Source: Chara braunii (lineage: Eukaryota; Plantae; Charophyceae). From it: a DNA stretch of 57,269 nt. Shown in pieces: positions 23,161 through 33,713 of this stretch; positions within the stretch are counted from its first letter, which is position 1; the number at the start of each line of letters is the position of its first letter. Under the pieces are notes generated by a model that was not told the origin of the DNA, did not search any database, and was given only the letters and a program-made list of their open reading frames with translations. Both the position numbers and the translations under genes were made by a program. The stretch lies in NCBI GenBank assembly GCA_003427395.1, contig BFEA01000023.1, forward strand, positions 5,269,785 to 5,327,053, written 5' to 3'.

Positions 23161-25030
23161 AAAACCTGCATCCCGCCCCTCTCTGCTCCTCCTCCTGGGG
23201 TTCTTCCGTCTACTAGCTTGACCGGCTGTTCGGCCAGCGCCTTCAGCGCTGCCCCGAACTGGCCGGTGGCTCTGGCAAAGCCCGCCAGAGCATTGGAGAA
23301 AAGCGTCGGGGGGTACCCCCGACGCCCGAGTTCTACGCTGACAGATAGTGTCGTCGGGACCCCTGTCGACGGGTCGCTTGCATGCTGCTTGATCCTGTGG
23401 AGCGCAACTGTTACCGTGCCTGCCTTTGCGCGCTTCTCCAAGTATGATGCGAAGTCTTGGAAACACCTGAAGGCGAGGGGATCATCCACCGCTACTCCCT
23501 CATTCTTTTGCTTAGGTCGAATTATAAACTTGACCGGACCCGATAGCGCTGCAACCCTCGTCCCCATGAAGTCCCAAGAATTGGTACCTTCGTCTGTTCT
23601 CACCAGTTCAAGTTGTTCCCCATAAGTTCTTCCAAAATCACGGCATATGCTTCTCGTTGCGGCTATGCTCCGACAGTCATCCATATCGCACGCTATTGCC
23701 ACCGTGACATCGTCTACTAGCATGACTCCGTGTATCAATCTCTGGTCCACCCCCAAGGAGCTTAAAAAATCCACCTCATGGTTCGCGCACAACACGCACG
23801 CCAGCGAGGGATTGGAATTCTTCCCCATGGGAATACCCACTATCTATTTGAGAATCATTTGTCTGCACAAAATGTACGTATTCCCCAGCTCGTAGCTGAC
23901 CATCTGCCGGATCTGGAAGAACTTCACTGTTACATAGCCTGGGCCCGGACTCTTCCGGCTGAGGGTCACCACCCGACCCTCCTGCTCATGCTCAACTTGC
24001 CCACACCTCTCACCTCCCACTGCTGCAGCAGCCAATCAACATTCTGGGTAATCTCTCGATGAGGTAGCGACGTGAACATCTCCTTTATGTCGAAGCTCAC
24101 CACCAGCGCCATTGACTTATCTTCGTATACGCTAAGCCTCCTCCCACCTTCCTCTAAGTTCTACTTCAGTAGCGTCGTGGCCTTCAGGTTAAAGTGTCTG
24201 ACTTTAGGGACCCTCTCAAGCAGGAAGTTAAGCGCCCGTGCTAGCCTTCTTCCTGCAGTCTTGGAGCCCTCCGCATTTGCCGGTGCAATAGGCCTCCACC
24301 TCGTTAGGTCCTTATGCTTTGGCAAGACATATGCTCGGCCAAGCTCGGCCGCTGGGTTCCACTCCCCTAACTTATCGAGACCAAACTTCTTGAACTCCGT
24401 CCTCAGTCGTGCAAGCACCTCCTTCTCTGACTGCCCTGAAACCTGGTGGTAAGCAGCATTGAGGTTGAACATCATCTGGAGGCCATGGTGGTACGTCGCC
24501 GGACACATGATCACCATGCCTCCTGGGTTCCTATCCACCGGGACCACCACAAGGTGGTTCAACCTACATGCCAGCTCCCGTGCTCTTTCCTCCGAGCAGG
24601 CTGGCCTAGCCTCTATCTGATCTAAGACTATATCCTGGAAACATTCTTCCCCCGCCACCTGGTACATGTCTCTTCTCATTACCATTCCCAAAGACCGTTT
24701 CACCGCTCGCTGCACTTCCATCGGTTTCACTCCTACGCCGCTTTGCAGGATATTCTTTCCATTGTGCATAAACATTGGAACCAAAGAGCATTGCGCAATC
24801 CTTGTCAACACATGCCCTTCCACTCTTGGTAGTTGGTCCTTGCTGCATGTGCACTTCCCCGTCTCCTCCCTCGCTGTCTCCCGATGATTAGTCAAGGTCT
24901 GCTCCACCATTTTGTTCTTCTTCCATACCACCCTCACCCTGCGTTGCAGCACCGATTTCAAAATCGGGTGAACTTTGCTCTTCTCCACACACACGACCAC
25001 AGTGTCATGGATTTTTCTTTTTCTCAACTT
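23161..25030 (-). pseudogene. PLE reverse transcriptase (stops and one frameshift)
   Basis: LVVVPVDRNPG; AYVLPKHKDLTRWRPIAP; VSFDIKEMFTSLPH; LK*IVGIPMG; MLVDDV; WDFMG. Confidence 0.88.
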
Positions 25031-25603
25031 GTGGCTTTACTTCAGCCCCACTGTGACCTTCAACCTTATGTTAACTCCCGTCTTCTTCTTGATCACCGCT
25101 GCTATCTTATCCTTCAGGGACCTCCTCGTAGCCTTGGTCTTAAACTCCTTACCACATCGGTACAAGAACACCAGCTTCGTGATATCAAAAAACTTAAGCT
25201 CGTCCTGCTTCTTCGGCATCTTTAGCAGCAACCTCAGATAGCCTTTCCCTCTGCTCCTCGCACTCTCAGTCTTCACCACTGATGCCACTATGAACTTACC
25301 ACCTCCCTCTAGAACCCACTTGGCTGCTTTTAATGGGATCTTCTCCTCTTCAACCACTACCGTTGACGTCCCAAACTTCCTTTTCACCACCGACCATCTC
25401 TCTCCCCACACTTCCCCGTCGGACGACACGAGCCCCACTGCCTTCACCCCCGCTGCCCACAGGTCCTCCAGGAGTTGTGCTAAGCTAACATACTGCCTTC
25501 CCTATCCCGCCTGCCAGAAGGTCAGGAGCCCTTCCCTGTGAGTAGCTGACAGGGCTCCCATTTTCTGCCTCTCCCTTCTGCCAGGCCTAGCTCTCCTTTT
25601 TGC

Positions 25604-25900
25604 CTATGCACTCCGTCCTACCACATCGAGCGCCGGGGAAAACCTGCAGATAAGCATCCTCTCCAGCACCTGCATACCATCTCTTCCCCCTGCTAATGGC
25701 AGGACAAGATACTTTTGCCACCCAAATACCTTCAGAAATGAATAGAGCTTGGGGGCACGACCATTGTTACCAGACTCCGTACACCTAATGTGCTCCCACC
25801 ATCTCTCCCCCGCGCCACGAACAGACTGCCCGATGTACATTCTTTTGCACCATGGTGAAACCTGGCAGTACACCGCTGGTCCCCTGAGCTCAAAAAGGTC
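25604..25900 (-). pseudogene. GIY-YIG endonuclease domain N-terminal to the RT
   Basis: PAVYCQVSPWCKRMYIGQSVRGAGERWWEH...LYSFLKVFGWQKY...LERMLICRFSPAL; same frame as the downstream RT N-terminal segments. Confidence 0.85.
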
Positions 25901-26101
25901 ATGACCCGACGGCATAACCGTGAGTATCTTCCTGGCCCATGGTGCCACTCCGCTCAACACCAACAAGAGGAAAACGGTTATGATCACTTATTCGACATTA
26001 ATCCTCAGGTTCGTCAACCCGTACGTGCCCCAGACGCTCTCTCGGAACCCCATGTACAACAGGAGCTTCTCCCAGAGGAACCGTGCTGGGGGGGCACACC
26101 G

Positions 26102-27156
26102 TCAATTCTCATGCGGCGTTGTACACAGTCCCGACCTCCCATCGTCCTTCTTACTCTCATCACTTTCAGCCCCGGTGAGCCAACCATCATATGCCACCCT
26201 TGCTTCTGTTGCCACCAAGTCCTTGATCGCTTGTGCCTTCGACACCCATCTAATATTCTTTACTTTACACATCCGTTTGAGCTCTGGCGCTTGCTTCAAC
26301 TGCATACTCTCCCTCAGCTCGAGGACAAAATAGATCACCCCTTGCTTGGAGCTCGATGCCACCGCTCCTTTCTTCGGCTCTGCACTAGCTGGCTCTTTTC
26401 CTTTCCTCGTAATCGCAGTTCGCTTCTTGGTAATGGGTGTAGCTGCACTCCTCTCTCCAGCATCTGCCTCCTGCTGAAGATCATCTAGATCTATAGCCTT
26501 CTCTTCGGGTTTGGGTATAGTTCGGCCGTGGTCCGGCCACGTCCCTCCCCCTCTACTCGCTCCAGAAACCGCATCAAGCTATCTTGCAGCTTTGTACTCT
26601 TTTCCTCCGACACTGTAATCTTCACGTTCACGTGATCCTTGATCTTCTCTTCCAAGGCCGCCATCTCCTTCGCGAACGCTTGCGCCGCTGTTGCTTCCAT
26701 AATTGTCTGCGTCCATCGTTTCTCTGCTTCCTCTCTCAGCTTAGCTTCCTCTAATCTCTGCTTCTCTTCTTCCTGCCTCTTCTTCTCCTGGTCAACCCTC
26801 TTCTTCTCCGCTGCCTCTAGCTGCTGGTTCTCGACAAACGAGAGCAGCCTGTTCATTCGATCCTCATCCTCGTTCCTTCTAGGCTGGTTGTAAGCGGCCT
26901 GTCCATAACTCCCCGATCCGTAACTCCCCCGACCCTGGCCTTGCCAACCTCTCCCATTCTGCCTATGTGGGCAATCCCTCGCGTAATGTCCATACTCCCC
27001 ACAGTTATAACAAGCCCCTCCTGGTGCTGCCGGCTGGGATAGGGGAGGTGGAGGTGGAGGTGGAGGCAGAGGGGGTGTTGGAGCAGGGCTGGGTGTATGC
27101 GCTGATCCGTCGTAGTTCCCCGGATATGCCCCTGGCGTTGCCTGCGGAGGATACAT
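26102..27156 (-). pseudogene. PLE ORF1-like region: Pro-rich, CCHC zinc knuckle, coiled coil (one frameshift near 26520)
   Basis: CYNCGEYGHYARDC; EK-rich helix; continues in another frame as PEEKAIDLDDLQQEA...KQGVIYFVLELRES. Confidence 0.75.
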
Positions 27157-29014
27157 GGACGCTGCTCGGTGCTGCTGTCGCCCTCCCCGCCCTTCGAACA
27201 CTGATTACTACGTGTGCTCCCTCGCTGCTTGATACAGTTTCCACCTGCCTTCACGACTGCCCCTCTTTGCTCTCACTCCTCATGCTCATCGGTTACACGC
27301 ACAACTGCTCGAGCTGGCTGCACACCTCACCGATCCATAAACCGGTGTCCCCTCCCACTCCCTAGCCTCGTGCCACTACCCGCGAGCTCTCCCCGTCTAC
27401 TCTCCCTCAGTTCAGGCTGGCTATTCTGACCAGCTACCTTCCACTCTCTCATCCCCAGCTTCACCCCACTCTTCCCGATCAGCTGCCTCGCCATTACCGA
27501 TCTTCCCAAAACAGTTGTCGAACTCCACCTTTGCTTCCGACCTCCGACCCTCGCAACAGTCATATGCCCACCTACGCTTCTACTAACACTTTCGTTTGCT
27601 CCCATAGTCCCTTTTCACCACCATCTTTTTGCCACACTCTCACTCCTATCTGTATCGCTACACTCCTCCTCTTATCCAACCGCCAACCCATCGCTCCGCC
27701 CCCGTGATCCGTCCCACCTGCCCTTCCTCCTGTTTGGCGTGCTGGGTTCCGACCGATCTTCCCCCTTCAACTTCCGCCCGCTGGTTTCGCTTATCTGACG
27801 CCTCGTCCACGCCAGCCTCCCGTCCTACCCTTTTCTTTCCTCTACTCTCTACTCGCCTCCTCCGTTCCCTCCTTCCCGCCTTTCCCGTACTGGTCCTTCT
27901 CTTTGTCTCGCATCTTACTCGTACTGCTCGCCTCCGCAGTCTTCACCTACTTGGCTCAAGCCGCCCATCATACACCCTCACCTTCCTTCCCTCCTTCGTT
28001 CTTTCCTCCCCGCCTTTTTCAATTGCCCCTTCTCATTACTTAGTGCGTCACGTCTCCCCGGGAGCTCCGTACAGGACAGCTCAACCGAGCTACTCACCAC
28101 TCAATATTCCCTGACTCAGCATCAGTCCTCGCATTGCTTATCAGTCCTCCTTTGATCCCCCACGTCATCAATCACGCTCTGCCAAGTGGAGGGAACCAGA
28201 TCCTCCGCTAGGTCGCTTCCCTCAAAACTCGATCGCCCGTTGGGTTACTTACCTCTGCACCCGACCGCTTCTCAGCACCCACGCCAAACGCTACCCCGCC
28301 CGTCGCTCATTCCCGGTAGCCCACCCCGCTCGGTCTTCTCGACTCCTCTGCCGCTCGCTCGTATCCCACGAGATTGCAAACTTCGTGCTCCACCCCTCGC
28401 CGGTTCCCCGCTGCTACATGGAAAACGGGTCATGCGCTTCCAACCCCTTCGTTCCTGAGCTTGCAACCACCCACCCCTGCCCATTGTGAGCGTCCGGTAG
28501 TCTAACCTCCTCACATCCCGATCACATTCCCTTCCTCACTCCCGAACCTGGTTCTTTCGACGACGTGTCTCCTCTCCCGCCTCTGGCTCCCGGCTTGGAA
28601 ACTCCACTCAGCCCCTCCCTCGCTTCCGCCCCGTCCTTGACACTAACTTCGCTCTGCGCTCCCTGATAGCGGGTCTACTCTCCCGCTTCCTCTCCCCTTT
28701 CTCTCCCCCTTTACACCCTATCCTCCACTGCGTCCACTCGCATTCCTCCACTGACTCTTTGCTTGCACCTACGCTCCCTTCCCTTCACTCTACTCTCACT
28801 CTCTCGTCTATGCCACGTACTCTCACCGCTCTTCAACCATACTGCTTCGCTTACCTGCGCAACCGATGCAGGCACAACCACCAAGACGAGTACGAACGCT
28901 CGCATGGTTACTACGCATTCAAGAATTGAAATAGCGAGGCCAATCGCTATGCGTCCATGTCACAATGATAAGCAAGGAGGCACCTTCACGGACTACTAGC
29001 TCGACGCGCACATT

Positions 29015-29059
29015 CCCCGACGCGTTTCGCCTGGCTGCACACCAGGACTTATCAAGGGG
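29015..29059 (-). ncRNA. Second copy of the minimal hammerhead ribozyme
   Basis: Identical to 22366-22410 except one loop II base. Confidence 0.8.
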
Positions 29060-30076
29060 CTTCCCACACTCCCGCATCCACCGAAGCTTACCGCCCAGAG
29101 CAAAGAGGGCCGTTCTGGCCTTGCCCTCTGCACANCACCAGGACTTATCAAGGGGCTTCCCACACTCCCGCATCCACCGAAGCTTACCGCCCAGAGCAAA
29201 GAGGGCCGTTCTGGCCTTGCCCTCTGCACATATACCCGACACACTCACTCCACGTCCGCTCTGCGGACTTACACTCTGTAACTGACTGGGCGGGTGCCGA
29301 CTCGGCTCACTCGTAACTGACTAGGCATGCCCAACGCTCGCCCCTTTCTTCCCGCCAACCTCACGTGTGCGCCTCCCTCTGCGCCAGGTAGTTCGATCAC
29401 CACGTGCACCGGTCGACTGTAGGAGCCTACGTTGTGAACACGCTACCGGCCTTACTTTTTCGCGCACCTGGTCAGCTTTTCCCTCCGGGTACCTGCGAAT
29501 CTGGTTCACCCCCCAGTCCCTCAGCTTCGGCCCTGCTGGCCCCCGACTATTTCGGCCTCTCTCTCAACTATCCCACGTCACGTTACCCAGCGCTATCCTC
29601 CCCCTGCTATCTCTCCCCGTGCCTCTCCGCGCCTCCCCGTTTCCACCTTCGCTTCTACTGCCCCACTCCCCAGCCCTCCCTCCCTAACCACCCCCGAGCC
29701 TCCCCATTCGCAATTAGCGTACAGCCCANNNNNNNNNNNNNNNNNNNNNNNNNNNNNNNNNNNNNNNNNNNNNNNNNNNNNNNNNNNNNNNNNNNNNNNN
29801 NNNNNNNNNNNNNNNNNNNNNNNNNNNNNNNNNNNNNNNNNNNNNNNNNNNNNNNNNNNNNNNNNNNNNNNNNNNNNNNNNNNNNNNNNNNNNNNNNNNN
29901 NNNNNNNNNNNNNNNNNNNNNNNNNNNNNNNNNNNNNNNNNNNNNNNNNNNNNNNNNNNNNNNNNNNNNNNNNNNNNNNNNNNNNNNNNNNNNNNNNNNN
30001 NNNNNNNNNNNNNNNNNNNNNNNCCCCCCCCCCCCCAGAAAAAAACAAAAGAAAAGGGCTCAGGAGCCATGTCCCG

Positions 30077-30173
30077 GGGCTAAGTCCCACTTGCACGAAT
30101 TAAGAGATAATGACCGTAGATAGCAAAGATCAACGGCCGAGATCTCCTAATTTGCGCAAGTGGGACCTTGCCC
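30077..30173. mobile_element. ~97-bp MITE, CCG TSD
   Basis: GGGCTAAGTCCCACTT...GTGGGACCTTGCCC flanked by CCG/CCG; close sibling of 21369-21465. Confidence 0.85.
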
Positions 30174-30352
30174 CCGCTTGTCGAGCTCTACCGGTAGTTC
30201 CGGCTTCCGGTATACGTGGCTCCCTGCCATCTGATCTGGGGCCACAGTGTGACCACGTTGATAAATACACAAAACATAAACTAAACCCCCGCTAGTGGGA
30301 CATGGAGCCGTCCCTCTCGTTGCATTGGAGGACCACACCGGACTCGTGCAGT

Positions 30353-30385
<33 letters not shown>

Positions 30386-30822
30386 TGCAGTGTTTTTTAT
30401 CAGAAGGCACGTCTGTAACCGTAATGACGACCGGGTTCATGCTTTCTAAGCTCCTGAAAAAGGAGAATTTTGCCGACCAAGGTCAGCAGGTAATGCCTCC
30501 CGCTCATTTCGGTCCTTTTTCATACGAAAAAAAGAGCGGCAGGTCCTCGTGAAAACGGAAAAAAAAAGAGCGCCATGTCCTTTTGAAAACAAAAATAAAG
30601 AGCGGCAGGTACGTGTTCTGGCGCTTTGGCGCTCGAATGACATTCCCCTTGCTACCCGGGGCCAAGTCCCAATATGGAGGGGAAAAAAAAAAAAAAAAAA
30701 AAGGTCCCAATTACGTCCTTCGGGGGTCAAGTCCCACTTCCTCTAATGACATTCCCCTTGCTACCCGGGGCCAAGTCCCACTTATGGAGGAAAAAAAAAA
30801 AAAAAAAAAAGGTCCCAATTAC

Positions 30823-30943
30823 GTCCTTCGGGGGTCAAGTCCCACTTACCCTCATTCTTCATTTCTGGCCGCTGATCATCGTAATCTACGGTCAGAAGTT
30901 GACAATTCGGGTAAGTGGGACTTGGCCCCGGGACATTCGTTAA

Positions 30944-30977
<34 letters not shown>

Positions 30978-31041
30978 GGCCCCTGCGCACGCATAAATCG
31001 AGAAATGGTCCAATTCTTGTACCAAAAAAAAAAAAAAAAAA
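30823..31041 (+). pseudogene. U6: U6 retrocopy interrupted by a MITE
   Basis: GTCCTT-CGG-[MITE]-CGG-GACATTCG...TTGGAACGATACAGAGAAGATTAGCATGGCCCCTGCGCA-CGCATAAATCGAGAAATGGTCCAA plus poly(A). Confidence 0.88.
30832..30928. mobile_element. 97-bp MITE inserted in the U6 5' stem-loop, CGG TSD
   Basis: GGGTCAAGTCCCACTTACC...GGTAAGTGGGACTTGGCCC; the empty site GTCCTTCGGGACAT is seen in other U6 copies. Confidence 0.9.
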
Positions 31042-31539
31042 CAGTCCCACTTACCCGAATTCTCAACTTCTGACCGTAGATTACGAAGATCAACGGCCAG
31101 AAATGGAAAAGAATCAGCGTAAGTGGGACTTGGGCCCGGCAGTCCGAGCTCGCGGAAGGCCCCAGCCGCTGTCCTATTCGGTCGTTCCCTGCTTCGTCGG
31201 AGCTCTAGAGCGCCTGATCACTCAAGGCATAATCACACAAGAACGGGCGTAATTGCGGTCAGATACATGCAGGTGGGGCTGTAAAGGCGATCCGATACAT
31301 TGAAGATAGAGCTACATAGTGTGGCGGAGTAGGACTTTTTTTTTCCTTTTTTTTATAATTAGGACTTCTTTAGCTGCGCTCTGGATGTGAATACAGTAAG
31401 ATGCATTAGAAAAGCCAAGGTGGTGTTTTGGCACTCTTTCTTTTCTTTTTTTTTTCTCTCTCTTTTTTTTTTTTTCCTGGCGCTCTTTCTTTCGATCCCG
31501 TGCACAGACTAACGCTCAAGATTGGGAATTGGCGCGCTG

Positions 31540-31710
31540 GGGCGTGGTCCCACTACTGTAGCAAAGAGGATCGGATCGAATGCCCGAATCTGGACGTGTT
31601 TGTTGAGAGATGCAGGAAATCGAGATTGAACTGCTTTTCTGCATCTCTGCACAAAACAAATCCAGATTCAGGAACTTCATCCTATTCTCTTTGCTAGTGG
31701 GACCTTGGCC
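31540..31710. mobile_element. MITE (inverted sibling of 9534-9699), CTG TSD
   Basis: GGGCGTGGTCCCACTA...TAGTGGGACCTTGGCC flanked by CTG/CTG. Confidence 0.85.
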
Positions 31711-32199
31711 CTGGTGTAGTTGCCTTCCATCCAGGACCGCGAATCGTTCGCTTTTTTGTGCTTTCTTCGCTTCTTTCTGCTTTCCCGCCATCCTGCCATC
31801 ACCTCTTGACAGCCGGCTCACCAGTGATACGAGCATGACCGTGGTCCACCAGGAGGTCCAGATTCGTGCGTTCTTATCACGAGATTTTTGAGGTTCTTAG
31901 CACGCGATGCTTACGCTCTGAGCACGAACGAACTCCCGCTCGGCCTTGAGCCAGCTATAGGACAAGACGGGCGACCGCGGTTCTCCCCCAAACTTTCGCT
32001 TACCTGTCCTCATATCACTCATATGACTATAGTTTTCGGCCACGTAAGCAAAAGACGACGGCGCTTTCCCGCGAAAGAAAAAATATATCCCTGGTGGTCA
32101 TCACTTCGATCACGGCACATGTAGGGTCGGATACGATACGGTTCTCGCTCCTGTACTCACCACATGCACAAAAGACAAAAAACTACCCAGCCGGGCTTC

Positions 32200-32924
32200 C
32201 GTTCTCAGTGGTCAAGACATCTGGTAGCTTAGCTCTGAAGTGGATGCAGCGGTGTGGCTGGCCGATTCATCACATCTGGAACGCCAAGAACAGAACATGG
32301 AACACTCGGAGGGAGCTCAGGCCGCAGCTGTCCTGTCTGCAGCAAGTCCATTCCCACCAAGTGGACCTCCATTTTCTCCCAAACAGGCAGTGCATACAAT
32401 GAGCTCGTTTTCTCCTCGGGACTAGGGTATGTGGCTTTGGTGTGCAGAGGTCTACTCATGCAGGAAATTTGGAGAGCTAGAAATGCAATGGTATTTAGGA
32501 AGGAAAAGTATAACACTTTTCAACAACAGCAGCAGCTGCGGAAAAACTTGCGGTTATGCATCCTTGCTGATTGGAAGAAATGCGTGGGGACACAAGGTAA
32601 ATCCAGAATGTGGTTCCAAAAAACTTGGACTTTGGGTAACAAATTAGCGGGTTTTACAGCCGAAGGAGACATGTATGTCTCAAAATGGTTGGAGCCGGAT
32701 TAGGCTCTACAGGCGGTATTTAGGCCGAAGTCGGTTAGGCTAAGATTGGGAACAGTTTTACGGGTGGGTAGAGGGGACCTAGAGGAGTGGCATTGGTTTT
32801 CAGAGTGATGATACTTTCGACTGGCTCCCCAAGGTTTGCCTTAATATACACCAGATGTGTTGAGTTTTTACGAGCTAAAGTTTCTTCAATTGCTCCAAAA
32901 AAAAAAAAAAAAAAAAAAAAAAAA
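32200..32924 (+). mobile_element. 5'-truncated L1/Tx1-like LINE 3' end with poly(A)
   Basis: ORF2 C-terminal motif LLMQEIWRARNAMVF...WFQKTW, a short 3' UTR and a ~28-nt A tail. Confidence 0.7.
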
Positions 32925-33109
32925 GCAATGCGCAACACAGCGGTCCAACCCACCTTAACCACCTAATCCGTTCTTTAGAGCGGACGAGGCCAATGAAGAT
33001 GGCTCGGTGGAGGCCTCGGAGTGGTCCCTGAGTGACATCTGAGTAGTCCCTGAGTGACATCTGAGTACTCCCTGAGTGACTCGAAGCTTCAACAAACCAA
33101 AGATGCTAA

Positions 33110-33611
33110 GAGGCTCGCCACACAGGCTGTAGAATGTCGAAAATTTTCGACAGTCGGGCGGTCGACAATTTCCCCCCCCTTCGCCACATAGCCTGTGGAG
33201 GGGCGAGGTTGTCAAAAGTTGGCAAGTCGACTCAGCCTTTCGACAGGTGCTGTGTGGCAAAGGCGGTCGCATGTCGGGAGTTGTTACAACGATGAATTTG
33301 TGCGCGCAAGCAGACCAGATGTCCACGCCGTTTTCGACCGCCACTTTTGACTACATATGGATAAACAGGCCACGGCTGTCAGGGAGCAGTCCCTGACACT
33401 GGAAAATCGGAGGCGTTTTTCGAAATGTGGGCGGGCCACTGTCGAATTTCCGTCACCTGCAGGCTGGTGGAAACGGTTGCTGGAGGGCGGCTGTCGAAAG
33501 GACCATTCTGACACCTGTCGAAAGTGTTTTGAGCCGCAATTCTTCGAAAGTCTGTGTGGCGATGCAAAATTGTCGAAAACCGGGTTTTCGACAGCCTGTG
33601 TAGTGAGCCTC
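33110..33611. mobile_element. Tourist/Harbinger-like MITE, TAA TSD
   Basis: GAGGCTCGCCACACAGGCTGT...ACAGCCTGTGTAGTGAGCCTC flanked by TAA/TAA; internal TGTCGAAA/TTTCGACA motifs. Confidence 0.85.
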
Positions 33612-33681
33612 TAAGATCACGGGCCTGACTGCCATGCAAGAAATACGAGTTCAACATTCAAGGTATACACAAGCCTCCACC

Positions 33682-33713
33682 CTTATACACATCTAGATGT
33701 GTATAAGAGACAG
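33682..33713. other. Nextera mate-pair junction adapter (artefact)
   Basis: CTTATACACATCT-AGATGTGTATAAGAGACAG palindromic junction beside a gap. Confidence 0.95.

Larger units (their letters stand above)
22271..29728 (-). mobile_element. Penelope-like retroelement, permuted GIY-YIG-RT order (Chlamys/Naiad-type), with direct terminal repeats
   Basis: Minus-strand order: CCHC ORF, GIY-YIG, RT. A direct repeat at about 22271-22485 and 28921-29134 contains a hammerhead in each copy; (CAATT)n at the 3' end. The 5' limit is hidden by a gap. Confidence 0.88.

Noticed and set aside
23844-26104. Alternative genetic code (TAR=Gln) or selenocysteine readthrough in the PLE
   Set aside because: TGA stops and frameshifts also occur, the gypsy element shows the same decay, and no TGA lies at an evident Cys site.
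29041-29229. Third tandem copy of the PLE repeat
   Set aside because: An exact duplication across a single N, most likely overlapping contig ends.
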